The notes: a model not told the origin generated them from the letters alone. DNA of 64,000 nt from Alphaproteobacteria bacterium (GCA_038137215.1 JAYQBG010000007.1:41403-105402), one strand, 5' to 3'; shown: positions 14,138 to 24,127, counted from the stretch's first letter. Made by a program: numbers and translations.

Positions 14138-14592
14138 GTCAGCTCGCGGCCCTTATTTTGCTGGTTGTCGCCGCTCTGGCGGCACCGGGTGCAATCGTGC
14201 TCGCGGAATGGGCGCGCACCGTTCTGGCGCTTCCTGCGCTCGCGCCGGGAATTTCTTACATCACCAAAGGGTTTCAGGATTTCTATGTGTTTGTCGCGGT
14301 TGCGAGCGTGATTGTCGCCGTCCCCCTCGGATGGATGCGAATCACCCGGGCCGAATTCCGCCTGTCGAAGTGGATTGGCACCTTTCTGCTGATCCTCATT
14401 GTCTGGAAGGTTCTCGACGTGACGTTGTGGTCGGACCTGCCGCCGGGCGAAACCGGGGAGTTCGACACAGTCTCGAACCTGTTGATGACACTCGGCACCT
14501 TCGGCTATGCCGCCCTCGCTGCGGCGGTGTTCTGGTATATCGCCGTGCGTCCGCATCGCAGCCTTGCCGCCCGTGAAGGGGTAGCCTCATGA
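14134..14592 (+). CDS. Hypothetical 4-TM membrane protein X2 (uncharacterised), paralog of X1
   Basis: ATGA overlaps on both sides (X1 stop and moeA start); 152 aa with four TM helices; C-terminal VFWYIAVRPHRSL motif. Confidence 0.6.
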   Translation: MSQLAALILLVVAALAAPGAIVLAEWARTVLALPALAPGISYITKGFQDFYVFVAVASVIVAVPLGWMRITRAEFRLSKWIGTFLLILIVWKVLDVTLWSDLPPGETGEFDTVSNLLMTLGTFGYAALAAAVFWYIAVRPHRSLAAREGVAS

Positions 14593-15812
14593 GCAATCCC
14601 CTGATGCCTGTTGCAGAGGCCCGTACGCGTATCCTCGCGAAACTTCCGGCCATGTCGAGCGAACAGGTTGCCCTGCCCGATGCACACGGTCGTGTACTCG
14701 CTGAAGACGTAGCATCGCGCGTCACCCAGCCACCGCTGGCCGTCTCGGCCATGGACGGCTATGCCGTACGTGCCGAAGACGTCGCAAATGTGCCGGCAGC
14801 GCTCAAAATCGTTGGTGAAGTGCCGGCCGGCGGCTTCCATGACGGCACCATCGGCACAGGCGAAGCGGTACGGATCTTCACCGGCGCGGCCCTACCCGCC
14901 GGAGCGGACGCGATTGTCATCCAGGAAGACACCGAACGCGACGGCGAAACCGTCACCGTGCAGGAAGGCGTGGCCGCGGGCCGCTACGTGCGCAAGGCCG
15001 GGCTCGATTTTGCCGAGGGCGAAGTACTGCTCACCGCCGGAACCGTGCTCAGCGCCCGGGATATCGGGCTCGCCGCGGCCATGAACCACCCCTGGCTGCA
15101 GGTGCGCCGCAAACCGCGTATCGCGCTGCTGGCTACCGGCGATGAAATCAAACTGCCCGGCGAGGCCCTCGGCCCCACCAGCATCGTCAGTTCCAACAAC
15201 TTCGCGCTGGAAGCCCTGATACGGGCGGCAGGCGGCGAACCGGTCACGCTGGGGATCGCCGTCGATGACCGTGACGCGATCCGGGACCTCGCGGCACAGG
15301 CGCTGGGCACCGACATGCTGGTCACCACCGGGGGCGCGTCCGTCGGCGAGCACGATCTGGTGCAGGATGCGCTGGCCGATCTGGGCCTCGAACTCGATTT
15401 CTGGCAAATCGCCATGCGGCCGGGAAAACCCCTGATGTTCGGAACCCTCGGCGACACGCCGATGCTCGGATTCCCCGGAAACCCGGTTTCATCCATGGTT
15501 TGCGGCGTGCTGTTCCTGCAACCCGCACTGGCGCAGATGCTCGGCACCGGCGAAACCGAGCCGGTCCGTGGCACCGCGATCCTCGGCACCGATCTGGGCG
15601 AAAACGACCGCCGCGAAGACTATCTCCGCGCCACGCTGTCCCACCAGGACGGGAAACTGGTGGCAACGCCCTTTCCCAGGCAGGACAGTTCCATGTTCTC
15701 GCGCCTCGCCGCCGCCGACTGCCTGCTCATCCGCGCACCCTATGCAGATCCGGCGAATGCAGGGGATTCGGTTGAAATTGTCCGGTTGGATGGGAGCCAC
15801 GTGCAGATTTAA
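14589..15812 (+). CDS. moeA: Molybdopterin molybdotransferase MoeA
   Basis: 407 aa MoeA-family sequence. Confidence 0.9.
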   Translation: MSNPLMPVAEARTRILAKLPAMSSEQVALPDAHGRVLAEDVASRVTQPPLAVSAMDGYAVRAEDVANVPAALKIVGEVPAGGFHDGTIGTGEAVRIFTGAALPAGADAIVIQEDTERDGETVTVQEGVAAGRYVRKAGLDFAEGEVLLTAGTVLSARDIGLAAAMNHPWLQVRRKPRIALLATGDEIKLPGEALGPTSIVSSNNFALEALIRAAGGEPVTLGIAVDDRDAIRDLAAQALGTDMLVTTGGASVGEHDLVQDALADLGLELDFWQIAMRPGKPLMFGTLGDTPMLGFPGNPVSSMVCGVLFLQPALAQMLGTGETEPVRGTAILGTDLGENDRREDYLRATLSHQDGKLVATPFPRQDSSMFSRLAAADCLLIRAPYADPANAGDSVEIVRLDGSHVQI

Positions 15813-15845
15813 GCTCGTTCTCCTCTTAGAGTTGACGATTCAAAA

Positions 15846-15860
15846 GAACATCTCTAGAAC
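15846..15860. promoter_or_regulatory. LexA operator (alphaproteobacterial SOS box GAAC-N7-GAAC)
   Basis: The sequence GAACatctctaGAAC lies 95 bp upstream of the lexA ATG; it matches the direct-repeat LexA box of alphaproteobacteria. Confidence 0.6.
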
Positions 15861-15954
15861 ATGCGACAATGTTTTTGGTTTGTTCTATATCTTGTGGTAC
15901 TAATGCACGAGAGAACAAACCCTGTAAATACCGCGCACGGGGGATTTTCGTCGC

Positions 15955-16698
15955 ATGCTGACCCGGAAACAGCACCAGTTGCTGATCTTTATCAACGAAC
16001 GCCTGAATGCGACCGGTGTCGCACCTTCTTTCGATGAAATGAAGGAGGCGCTTGGCCTGAAATCCAAGTCCGGTATCCACCGCCTGATCACGGGCCTTGA
16101 GGAACGCGGGTTTATCCGCCGCCTCGCCCACCGGGCCCGTGCACTCGAAGTCTTGCGCCTACCCGATGAAACCGGCGTCGATGCCCAGAAAACCAGTGCC
16201 AAACCCGACCGTTTTGCCCCGCAGGTGATCGAAGGCGGTCGCGACACCGGGTCGAACTCTGGTAGCGGCCCTATGATTGCCCCTTCCGAAATCACCGGCG
16301 CGGCACCAAGCGCCGGCGAGGTCGAACTACCCCTGCTCGGCAAGATCGCCGCGGGCACACCGATCGAAGCCCTGCGCGACCCCACCCGGCACATCAGCGT
16401 ACCGCCATCGATGATCGGACGCGGCAACCACTACTGCCTCGAGGTCGAGGGCGATTCGATGATCAATGCCGGGATACTGGACGGCGACACTGTCGTCATC
16501 CGGCGCACCGAAAATGCGGACAACGGGTCCATCGTCGTGGCCCTGGTCGAGGGCCAGGAAGTCACCCTGAAACGGCTGCGCAAACGCAACAACTCGGTGG
16601 CGCTGGAAGCTGAAAACCCCGCCTATGAAACGCGAATTTTCGGCCCGGATCAGGTGGCGGTGCAAGGCGAGCTCGTGGGTTTGCTGCGCCTTTATTGA
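15955..16698 (+). CDS. lexA: LexA repressor
   Basis: 247 aa; N-terminal winged HTH ([17 protein letters not shown]...), a long linker and a C-terminal S24 peptidase domain. Confidence 0.93.
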   Translation: MLTRKQHQLLIFINERLNATGVAPSFDEMKEALGLKSKSGIHRLITGLEERGFIRRLAHRARALEVLRLPDETGVDAQKTSAKPDRFAPQVIEGGRDTGSNSGSGPMIAPSEITGAAPSAGEVELPLLGKIAAGTPIEALRDPTRHISVPPSMIGRGNHYCLEVEGDSMINAGILDGDTVVIRRTENADNGSIVVALVEGQEVTLKRLRKRNNSVALEAENPAYETRIFGPDQVAVQGELVGLLRLY

Positions 16699-16745
16699 CC
16701 ACTACGTGGCGAAATTCCAAAAGCTTACAGCCACTAATTCGCCTA

Positions 16746-18792
16746 CTACCTTAAATGCACACTACTGTTAGTGACTATTTCGTGGCCGGTCGCATCCTGG
16801 GGCCGTGCCGGATCACCGACCCGTGCCCTCCAGACTCGCCCGCCCTCGCCATTCTGCCCGAGCCAGATCGCGTGAGCACCGCCACGCCAGACGTCGAACC
16901 AGTCCATCACGAGTAGTGGTCCGCGGTAGGATCGCGGGGCTGGCACTTCGGCGATGACAATGTCGGCAGAGCGGCAGTCCTCTTCAAAGGCCAGCGGGTC
17001 GCTTACGAACGCAACGGTCTGATGACCGATCCGCCCGATACAGCCCTGCCCGTCGCAGCGCAGTGCATGGTCGCCTTGTCCGGCGCGCGGAAAAGCGGTC
17101 CCGGCTTCATGTCCCACCCGGCGATCCCAGATACCCCGCACAAAGGATTGCGCCCGGGGATTGGACAGATGCAGGGCATCGGGCGCGCTGCGAAACGCGA
17201 TCAGCCGGGCGTTGTCGGCAATCATGATATCGGGCGGTGTGATCGATCCTGCACTGGCAAGTCCCAGAAAGAACGGTCCAGACCCGCCAGACGCCAATGC
17301 CCGCGCCAGAGGGTGAGCCACAGCCCACCCAGAACCAGCGCAATCAGACCGGGGGTGCCGGGTGCCGGCAGCGTGACTGCGGCGAGCGGCCAGGCAGACA
17401 CTGAAGCGGCGACCGCCAGAATCACCTCGACTCCCCACCCCAGCAACGGCGTGACCAGCCCTTCCAGCCCCAATGGCATCAGAACCAGCGCCAGCACCTC
17501 CAACGGCATGACCCAGAGCGCTGCGACAGGTACCGCGACCAGATTGGCCGCAATCCCGAGCAGCGCCAGCCGGTTGAAGTGGTAAATCGCAAAAGGCGCT
17601 GTTGCGAGGCTGGCAATCAAGGTCGTGAAGGCCACGGCAAGAAAATAGATCGCAATACGGCGTATCAGGCGGCTTTCCCCACTTGCCACCCGTATCCGGC
17701 CCCAGAATGCTTCATAGGCCACCACCAGTGCGATGGTGGCCGCGAAGGACAGCTAGAAACTCACGCTCAGCAGGGATTCCGAACGCACCAGAAGCACCAT
17801 GGTGGCGGCCAGCGCCACCAGACGCAGGGATATACCGCGGCGATTCGGCAGCATCGCGACCAGGACAACGGCCAACGCAGTGCCAGCCCGGGCCACAGCG
17901 CCAATCCGCCGCGCAGGAGTGTGAAGACGAACTCGGCAACGAGCCCGATATGCAGGCCGGATATGGCCAGCAAATGGGCCAGACCGGGATCCCGCATGTT
18001 CTGGCGAACCTCCTCAGGAATGTCGCCGCGCAACCCCGTGGCCAGCGCGGCGGCCACGCCCCCGGCGGGACCTTCGATGCGCAATGACAACCGGTCGGCG
18101 ATGTTTGCGCGGGCCGCCGCAACGATCGTCATGATCCGGTTCCCCCAACCACCCGGTGCGGCGCGTTCGAGACGTTCGGCGGGGCCAAAGGCGAATCCGA
18201 CGGTGCCCAGCCCGGAAAACCAGGCCTGACGCGAAAAATCATACCCGCCGGGATAGGATGCGGATGGCGGCCGTGCCAGCCGTGCGCGTACGCGGATCGT
18301 GTCACCGGGCCGTAAACGGGCATCATCGGCGTGCAGACGCATACGGATCCGGGGCGGCGTTTGCGCCGGTTCGAGCCGGGATATCGACAACACCTCCAGG
18401 ATGACCCGTGGGCCGCGTTCGGACGGCTCCACCGCCTCGACCCGCCCTTCGATAGTCACGAAGGACATCGTCCGCTCCAGAACCGTGGCGGCCACGTCAT
18501 AGGTTCGCCATCGCGCCACAACAAAGCCCAGGGCGAGCGCAATCAGCGCCAGCAAAAGCAGGCGAAGCGGCCAGACATTGCGAAACAACCCCGCAAGCAG
18601 AACAAGCGCTGCCAGAACCCCAAGCCCCGGAAATACCTAAGACTCGTATGGCAGCGCAAAATACAGCCCGATCCCCGTGCCCAGAGCGACGGGCAGCCAC
18701 AGAATCCACCGGTCAGGCTCGGCAACGAACATGGCGTGCAAAGACGCCCCGATCCGGGAACTTATGCGGCTGCGCGCCGTAGCGATCTTCAT
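16746..18792 (-). pseudogene. comEC: ComEC/Rec2 DNA internalisation channel, disrupted (2 in-frame TAG codons, at least 2 frameshifts)
   Basis: ComEC-like sequence spans three reading frames (17767..18588, 17222..17725, 16746..17438). The N-terminal part from ATG 18792 is interrupted by TAG at 18639..18637, and TAG at 17755..17753 replaces the Gln of the conserved SFQLSF motif. Position between lexA and gltX is conserved. Confidence 0.75.
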
Positions 18793-18946
18793 GGTGGACC
18801 GGTAAGAGCGTCCAACAGCTTAAACGGGTGGTCAAGCGATCTTCTGCCAATCTTGTCCCCATCCAGAAGAAGAATACGTTGAAAACCCCGGCCCTTACGT
18901 TCATACGGAAGCCGAAAACTCTCTCCCGTTACGGAATTCTGCGCTT

Positions 18947-20353
18947 ATGGACGTCGTCACCCGTTTTGCTCCCTCGCCGACCGGCTATCTTCATATCGGA
19001 GGTGCCCGGACCGCCCTGTTCAACTGGCTGTTCGCGCGTCATCACGGCGGCCGCTATATGCTGCGGATCGAGGACACCGACAAGAAGCGCTCCACCCAGG
19101 ATGCCATCGACAAAATCTTCGAAGGTCTCGACTGGCTCGACCTGGACCATGACGGCGATGTGGTCTTCCAGTCGCGGAATATGGATCGGCACGCCGAAGT
19201 TGCTGCGCAACTGCTGGCCGAGGGTAAGGCTTACAAATGTTATTGTTCCCCCGAAGAATTGGCCGAAATGCGCGAAAAAGCGCGTGAAAACGGCAGCTCG
19301 GGCGCGTTTTACGACAATCGGTGGCGGGACCGCGATCCCTTCGAAGCCCCCGACGATGTGGCGCCGGTCGTACGCATCAAGATGCCGCTCGACGGCGAAA
19401 CAACCATTTCCGATCTTGTTCAGGGGGATGTCACCCGGACCAACGACCAGCTCGACGACTTCGTGATTTTGCGATCCGACGGCACACCGACCTATATGCT
19501 GGCGGTTGTCGTGGACGATCACGACATGGGCGCAACCCACGTCATCCGCGGTGACGATCACCTCAACAATGCCTTTCGCCAGTACCACCTGTATCGGGCC
19601 TGTGGCTGGGATATTCCGGAATTTGCCCATATCCCGCTGATTCATGGCGCCGACGGGGCCAAAATGTCCAAACGCCATGGCGCGCTGGGGGTCGATCACT
19701 ACGACGAGCTGGGAATTCTGCCGGAAACCATGCGGAATTATCTGCTGCGGCTTGGCTGGTCCCATGGCGACGACGAGATCATCTCGACCGCAGAGGCCAT
19801 CGAATGGTTCGATCTGGATGCGGTGGGCCGCTCTCCGGCACGTTTCGACATGGACCGGCTGCTCAACCTCAACGCCCATTACCTCAAGGCGGCCGACCCG
19901 ACGCGGCTGGCCGCGCAGGTTCTGCAACAGGCCTCGGATTCAGCCGACAAAGACCTGTCTCCCAACGCCGAAGAGCGGCTTGTCACCGGCCTTGCCGGAC
20001 TGACTCAACGCGCCAAAACGGTCAACGAAATCGTTGAAAGTGCAGGACTTTATCTGTTCGACGCACCGCTCTCATTCAACGAAAAGGCGCAGACGATGCT
20101 TGCAGATCCGGCAGCGCTGGATCATCTTCGCGCACTGACCGGGATGCTGAGCGACGCTGCGTCCTGGGACGAAGAATCCCTCGATTCAGTCGTGCGCAGC
20201 TATGCCGAGGCCAATGCGTTGAAACTCGGCCAGGTCGCGCAGCCCCTGCGCGCGGCCCTGACCGGCAGCAACGTCTCGCCCGGAATCTTCGAAGTGATGG
20301 TGGTTCTGGGGCCCGAGGAAACCCTCAATCGGCTGCAACTTGCCGTGTCATAA
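18947..20353 (+). CDS. gltX: Glutamate--tRNA ligase
   Basis: 468 aa; PSPTGYLHIGGARTALFNWL (HIGH) and KMSKR motifs. Confidence 0.95.
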   Translation: MDVVTRFAPSPTGYLHIGGARTALFNWLFARHHGGRYMLRIEDTDKKRSTQDAIDKIFEGLDWLDLDHDGDVVFQSRNMDRHAEVAAQLLAEGKAYKCYCSPEELAEMREKARENGSSGAFYDNRWRDRDPFEAPDDVAPVVRIKMPLDGETTISDLVQGDVTRTNDQLDDFVILRSDGTPTYMLAVVVDDHDMGATHVIRGDDHLNNAFRQYHLYRACGWDIPEFAHIPLIHGADGAKMSKRHGALGVDHYDELGILPETMRNYLLRLGWSHGDDEIISTAEAIEWFDLDAVGRSPARFDMDRLLNLNAHYLKAADPTRLAAQVLQQASDSADKDLSPNAEERLVTGLAGLTQRAKTVNEIVESAGLYLFDAPLSFNEKAQTMLADPAALDHLRALTGMLSDAASWDEESLDSVVRSYAEANALKLGQVAQPLRAALTGSNVSPGIFEVMVVLGPEETLNRLQLAVS

Positions 20354-20495
20354 GTGTTGTTCGGGTTGGAAAACCGACACTGCCGACATTGCTCGAAGCC
20401 CTCCGGCCCATTAGAGTGCGCCGCAACATATCATTGGCTCGCAGCGGGACGCATGCCGTGGACCGCGACAGAGATTTTTTGGGGAAGATATATCC

Positions 20496-21797
20496 ATGAG
20501 TGACTCAAAAACCGCTGGCACCGCCACCTTGACCGTCGATGGCCAGACCATCGAACTGCCAATTCTCGAAGGCACGGAAGGTCCCAAGGTCATTGATGTC
20601 CGTAAGCTCTATGCCCAGAGCGGAATGTTCACCTATGACCCCTCCTACACCTCCACGGCCAGCTGCGATTCCGCGCTGACCTATATCGACGGCGAAGTCG
20701 GGATTCTGCGCCACAGTGGCTATTCCATCGAAGAGCTGGCCGCCAACAGCAGTTTTCTGGAAGTGTGTCACCTCTTGCTCCATCGCGAACTGCCCAACAA
20801 GCAGGAACTCGCCGATTTCGAGCATACGATCACCTATCACTCGATGATCCACGAGCAGATGCGCAATCTGTTCAGCGGGTTCCGCCGCGATGCGCATCCG
20901 ATGGCCGTGATGATCGGTGTCGTCGGCGCCATGTCGGCCTTCTATCACGACTCAACAGACATCAACGATCCGCAGCAGCGCCTGATCGCATCGCATCGGC
21001 TGATCGCCAAGATGCCGACGATTGCGGCCTGGGCCTATAAATACTCTGTCGGTCAGCCCTTCCTCTATCCGCGCAACGATCTGGGCTATGCCGAGAATTT
21101 CCTGCGCATGACGTTCGGTGTCCCGGCCGAGGAGTACAAGCCCAGCCCCGCCATCGTCGATGCGATGGACAAGATCTTCATTCTCCACGCCGATCACGAG
21201 CAGAACGCCTCGACCTCGACCGTGCGTCTGGCCGGCTCGTCGGGAGCCAACCCGTTTGCCTGCATCGCGGCCGGAATCGCGACCCTCTGGGGACCGGCCC
21301 ATGGCGGCGCCAACCAGGCGGTGCTCGAGATGCTCGACCAGATCGGTCACAAGGACAATATTCCCGAGTTCCTCGAACGTGCCAAGGACAAGGACGATCC
21401 GTTCCGTCTGATGGGTTTCGGACACCGCGTGTACAAGAACTACGACCCGCGCGCGGGCGTTCTCAAGAAATCCGCCGACGCGGTGCTTGAGGAACTTGGC
21501 GTCGAAGACGATCCGCTTCTGGAACTGGCCATGGAGCTGGAGAAGATCGCGCTGGAAGATGACTACTTCGTGGACCGCAAACTGTTCCCGAACGTCGATT
21601 TCTACTCGGGCATCATCCTAAAGGCGATCGGCTTCCCCACCAGCATGTTCACCGTGCTGTTCGCCCTGGCCCGCACCGCTGGCTGGATCGCCCAGTGGAA
21701 GGAAATGATTGAGGATCCCGATCAGCGTATCGGACGTCCCCGTCAGCTGTTCCTGGGTGCCACCGAGCGCGACTACGTGCCCGTGGACAAGCGATAA
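20496..21797 (+). CDS. gltA: Citrate synthase (type II)
   Basis: 433 aa citrate synthase sequence. Confidence 0.97.
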   Translation: MSDSKTAGTATLTVDGQTIELPILEGTEGPKVIDVRKLYAQSGMFTYDPSYTSTASCDSALTYIDGEVGILRHSGYSIEELAANSSFLEVCHLLLHRELPNKQELADFEHTITYHSMIHEQMRNLFSGFRRDAHPMAVMIGVVGAMSAFYHDSTDINDPQQRLIASHRLIAKMPTIAAWAYKYSVGQPFLYPRNDLGYAENFLRMTFGVPAEEYKPSPAIVDAMDKIFILHADHEQNASTSTVRLAGSSGANPFACIAAGIATLWGPAHGGANQAVLEMLDQIGHKDNIPEFLERAKDKDDPFRLMGFGHRVYKNYDPRAGVLKKSADAVLEELGVEDDPLLELAMELEKIALEDDYFVDRKLFPNVDFYSGIILKAIGFPTSMFTVLFALARTAGWIAQWKEMIEDPDQRIGRPRQLFLGATERDYVPVDKR

Positions 21798-22000
21798 CCG
21801 GTTTCACGAACGGTCCCGCGTGTGACACCAACGGAGCCTCCGGAAAACCGCGATCCCGGGCGTGTGCCCATCGCGGAAAGATGGGGACCCGTCGCCGGTC
21901 GTCAGCCCACCGGCAGCGGGCCGTCATTCCGGCGGCGCTGGCTCGCCGCAATTATCTGTATGCTGATCCTGATCGGCGTGATTGCCCTGCTGGGCTGATG

Positions 22001-22495
22001 CTATTCCGGATCGAAGGATGAACCGTCCTTGCGGGTGAAGTTCCGCTTCCCGTCCCGCACGGCATTGGCCATGTCGATATCGGGATAAACCACATCCTCA
22101 TTGATCGGGCGGTCCCCGACTTCCAGCACGACCACATCCCTGTCAGACCGGTTCACGATCACATGACCGTTGGGATTGCCCGCCGGGAACCCGGCAGCCA
22201 TGCCCGCGGTGAGCGGCGTATCGCCCTCATCGGTGACCAGCGTCGCCTCGCCTTCCAGCACATAGACAAACTCGTCCTGTTCGGTGTGCCAGTGACGGGC
22301 CGAGGACTGCGCGCCCGGCTCGATCCGCAGCACATTCACGCCGAACTTGCTCAGCCCCAGTGCGGGTGACAGGCGTGAGCGGTGCCGCCCGCGCACCAAC
22401 TGATCATGGGGCGCAGGATAAGGCGTCCCGGATTCAACCGGCAGGTCTGCCGGATCGATAACCATACCCTTGCCCGCGCGTTTTTTGCCGGTCAT
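22001..22495 (-). CDS. Cupin domain-containing protein
   Basis: 164 aa; cupin beta-barrel motifs (HWHTEQDEFVYVLEGEATL). Confidence 0.6.
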   Translation of the reverse strand: MTGKKRAGKGMVIDPADLPVESGTPYPAPHDQLVRGRHRSRLSPALGLSKFGVNVLRIEPGAQSSARHWHTEQDEFVYVLEGEATLVTDEGDTPLTAGMAAGFPAGNPNGHVIVNRSDRDVVVLEVGDRPINEDVVYPDIDMANAVRDGKRNFTRKDGSSFDPE

Positions 22496-22501
22496 ATCGG
22501 G

Positions 22502-22903
22502 TCAGCCCTCGATCAGTTCGATCTTGTAGCCGTCCGGGTCCTCGATGAACGCGATCACAGTAGTGCCGTGTTTCATCGGGCCGGGCGCACGGGAGATGGT
22601 CACGCCTTCCTTCTCCAAGGCTTCACAGGTGGCGTAGATATCCGGAACCCCGATGGCCAGATGGCCGAAGCCGGACCCGTGAGAATAGGGTTCCTCCTGG
22701 TCCCAGTTGTAGGTGAGCTCCAGAACCGTTTCGGCGGATTCATCCCCATATCCGATGAAGGTGTTGGTGAAGCGCCCGCCTTCAAAGTCTTTCTGCCGCA
22801 ACACCTTCATGCCGAGATGGCGTGTATAGAAGTCGATGGATTTGTCCTGATCCTTCACGCGGATCATGGTGTGGAGAAGCCGGAAATCCGATGGGTCTGA
22901 CAT
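22502..22903 (-). CDS. gloA: Lactoylglutathione lyase (glyoxalase I, VOC family)
   Basis: 133 aa; LLHTMIRVKDQDKSIDFYTRHLGM...HLAIGVPDI are typical GloA motifs. Confidence 0.85.
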   Translation of the reverse strand: MSDPSDFRLLHTMIRVKDQDKSIDFYTRHLGMKVLRQKDFEGGRFTNTFIGYGDESAETVLELTYNWDQEEPYSHGSGFGHLAIGVPDIYATCEALEKEGVTISRAPGPMKHGTTVIAFIEDPDGYKIELIEG

Positions 22904-22939
22904 GGCGGGATCCTTGTTGGGAGAACGACAAAACCTGTC

Positions 22940-24127
22940 TTAGCGGGTTCCGTCCCGGGCGACAATCGCACGCACCGCGCGCGCCGCCCGCACACTCGGC
23001 TTTTCACCATCGCCGGCGATCTCCTCGGCTATTTTCTGCGCTTCCCGTCCCATGGCGCGTGCAGCGTCCGGGTTGTCGAGCAAGTCAATGACTGCCCCGG
23101 CGATCTTCTCCGGACGACAGCGTGATTGCAGAAACTCCGGAAAAACCAGCCGGCCCGCCACGATGTTCACGATCGAGGCATGTTCGATCCGGATCATGCG
23201 GCGCGCAATTTCGCCGGTGACCTTCCCGACCCTGTACATCACGACGCTCGGGACCCCGGCATAGGCCAATTCGAGGGTGACAGTCCCAGATGCGGCAAGC
23301 GCCAGATCGGCGGCCGCGAAAGCGTCGTAGCGCTCGTGGGCTCCATCAACCACCAGAACGGGGTGCGTCCACTCGCCGCTCATCTGGTCGACGTCTGCGC
23401 GGACATTGGGCGCAGCTGGGACGGCGATCCGGACGTCCGGGTGTTTGCCAACAATCGCCTCGAGAGCGCGCGCTGCCACAGGTCCGAGGCGGGCCACCTC
23501 ACCGCGCCGGCTCCCGGGCAGCAGACACAAGACCTTCTCTTCGGCACCGATGCCGTGGCGGGCCCGGAAGGCACCCCCATCACCGGCGCGCACTGCCCCT
23601 TCGGAAATCGGGTGGCCCACGAACGTACAATCCAGTTCTGCGGCCTCGAAGAGCGGCGGCTCGAACGGGAACAACGCCAGCAGATGGTCGAAATGCTTGC
23701 GGAACTTCTTCACGCGGCCCGCGCGCCACGCCCAGATGGTCGGCGCAACATAATGCACACGCGGACAGTTACGGCTCTTCAGGCGGCGGATGACACCGAA
23801 CACGAAGCCCGGAGAATCGATGGTCACGATGATATCCGGCCGGGCACGCGCAATATCCCGCGAGGTCTGGCGCATGCGCTTGAGAATACGCGGGACGCTT
23901 GGCAGAACTTCCGTCAGCCCCATGATCGCGAGTTCACCATAGGGAAACAGACTACGCAGTCCCGCGGCTTCCATCTCCGGACCTCCGATACCGGAGACCT
24001 GCACGTCTCCCTCCGCCTTCAGAGCGTCGATCAGGCGTGCGCCGATGATATCGCCGGACGGCTCACCGGCGATCACATAGACATGCAATGGCGAAACAGT
24101 TTCCGAGGCGGCCGGGCTGGTGTTCAT
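22940..24127 (-). CDS. lpxB: Lipid-A-disaccharide synthase
   Basis: 395 aa LpxB family; conserved lpx cluster. Confidence 0.9.
   Translation of the reverse strand: MNTSPAASETVSPLHVYVIAGEPSGDIIGARLIDALKAEGDVQVSGIGGPEMEAAGLRSLFPYGELAIMGLTEVLPSVPRILKRMRQTSRDIARARPDIIVTIDSPGFVFGVIRRLKSRNCPRVHYVAPTIWAWRAGRVKKFRKHFDHLLALFPFEPPLFEAAELDCTFVGHPISEGAVRAGDGGAFRARHGIGAEEKVLCLLPGSRRGEVARLGPVAARALEAIVGKHPDVRIAVPAAPNVRADVDQMSGEWTHPVLVVDGAHERYDAFAAADLALAASGTVTLELAYAGVPSVVMYRVGKVTGEIARRMIRIEHASIVNIVAGRLVFPEFLQSRCRPEKIAGAVIDLLDNPDAARAMGREAQKIAEEIAGDGEKPSVRAARAVRAIVARDGTR

Noticed and set aside
15826-16131. 101-aa minus-strand ORF overlapping the lexA start and LexA box
   Set aside because: It is antisense to the conserved LexA N-terminal domain with no independent coding signal; regarded as spurious.
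17753-18639. The two in-frame stops in comEC are both TAG, which could hint at amber suppression or stop-codon reassignment
   Set aside because: The same gene also carries at least two frameshifts and a probable internal deletion. Other genes in the window use TAG as a genuine terminator (for example nuoI, uppS and the cdsA region). Decay is the simpler explanation.
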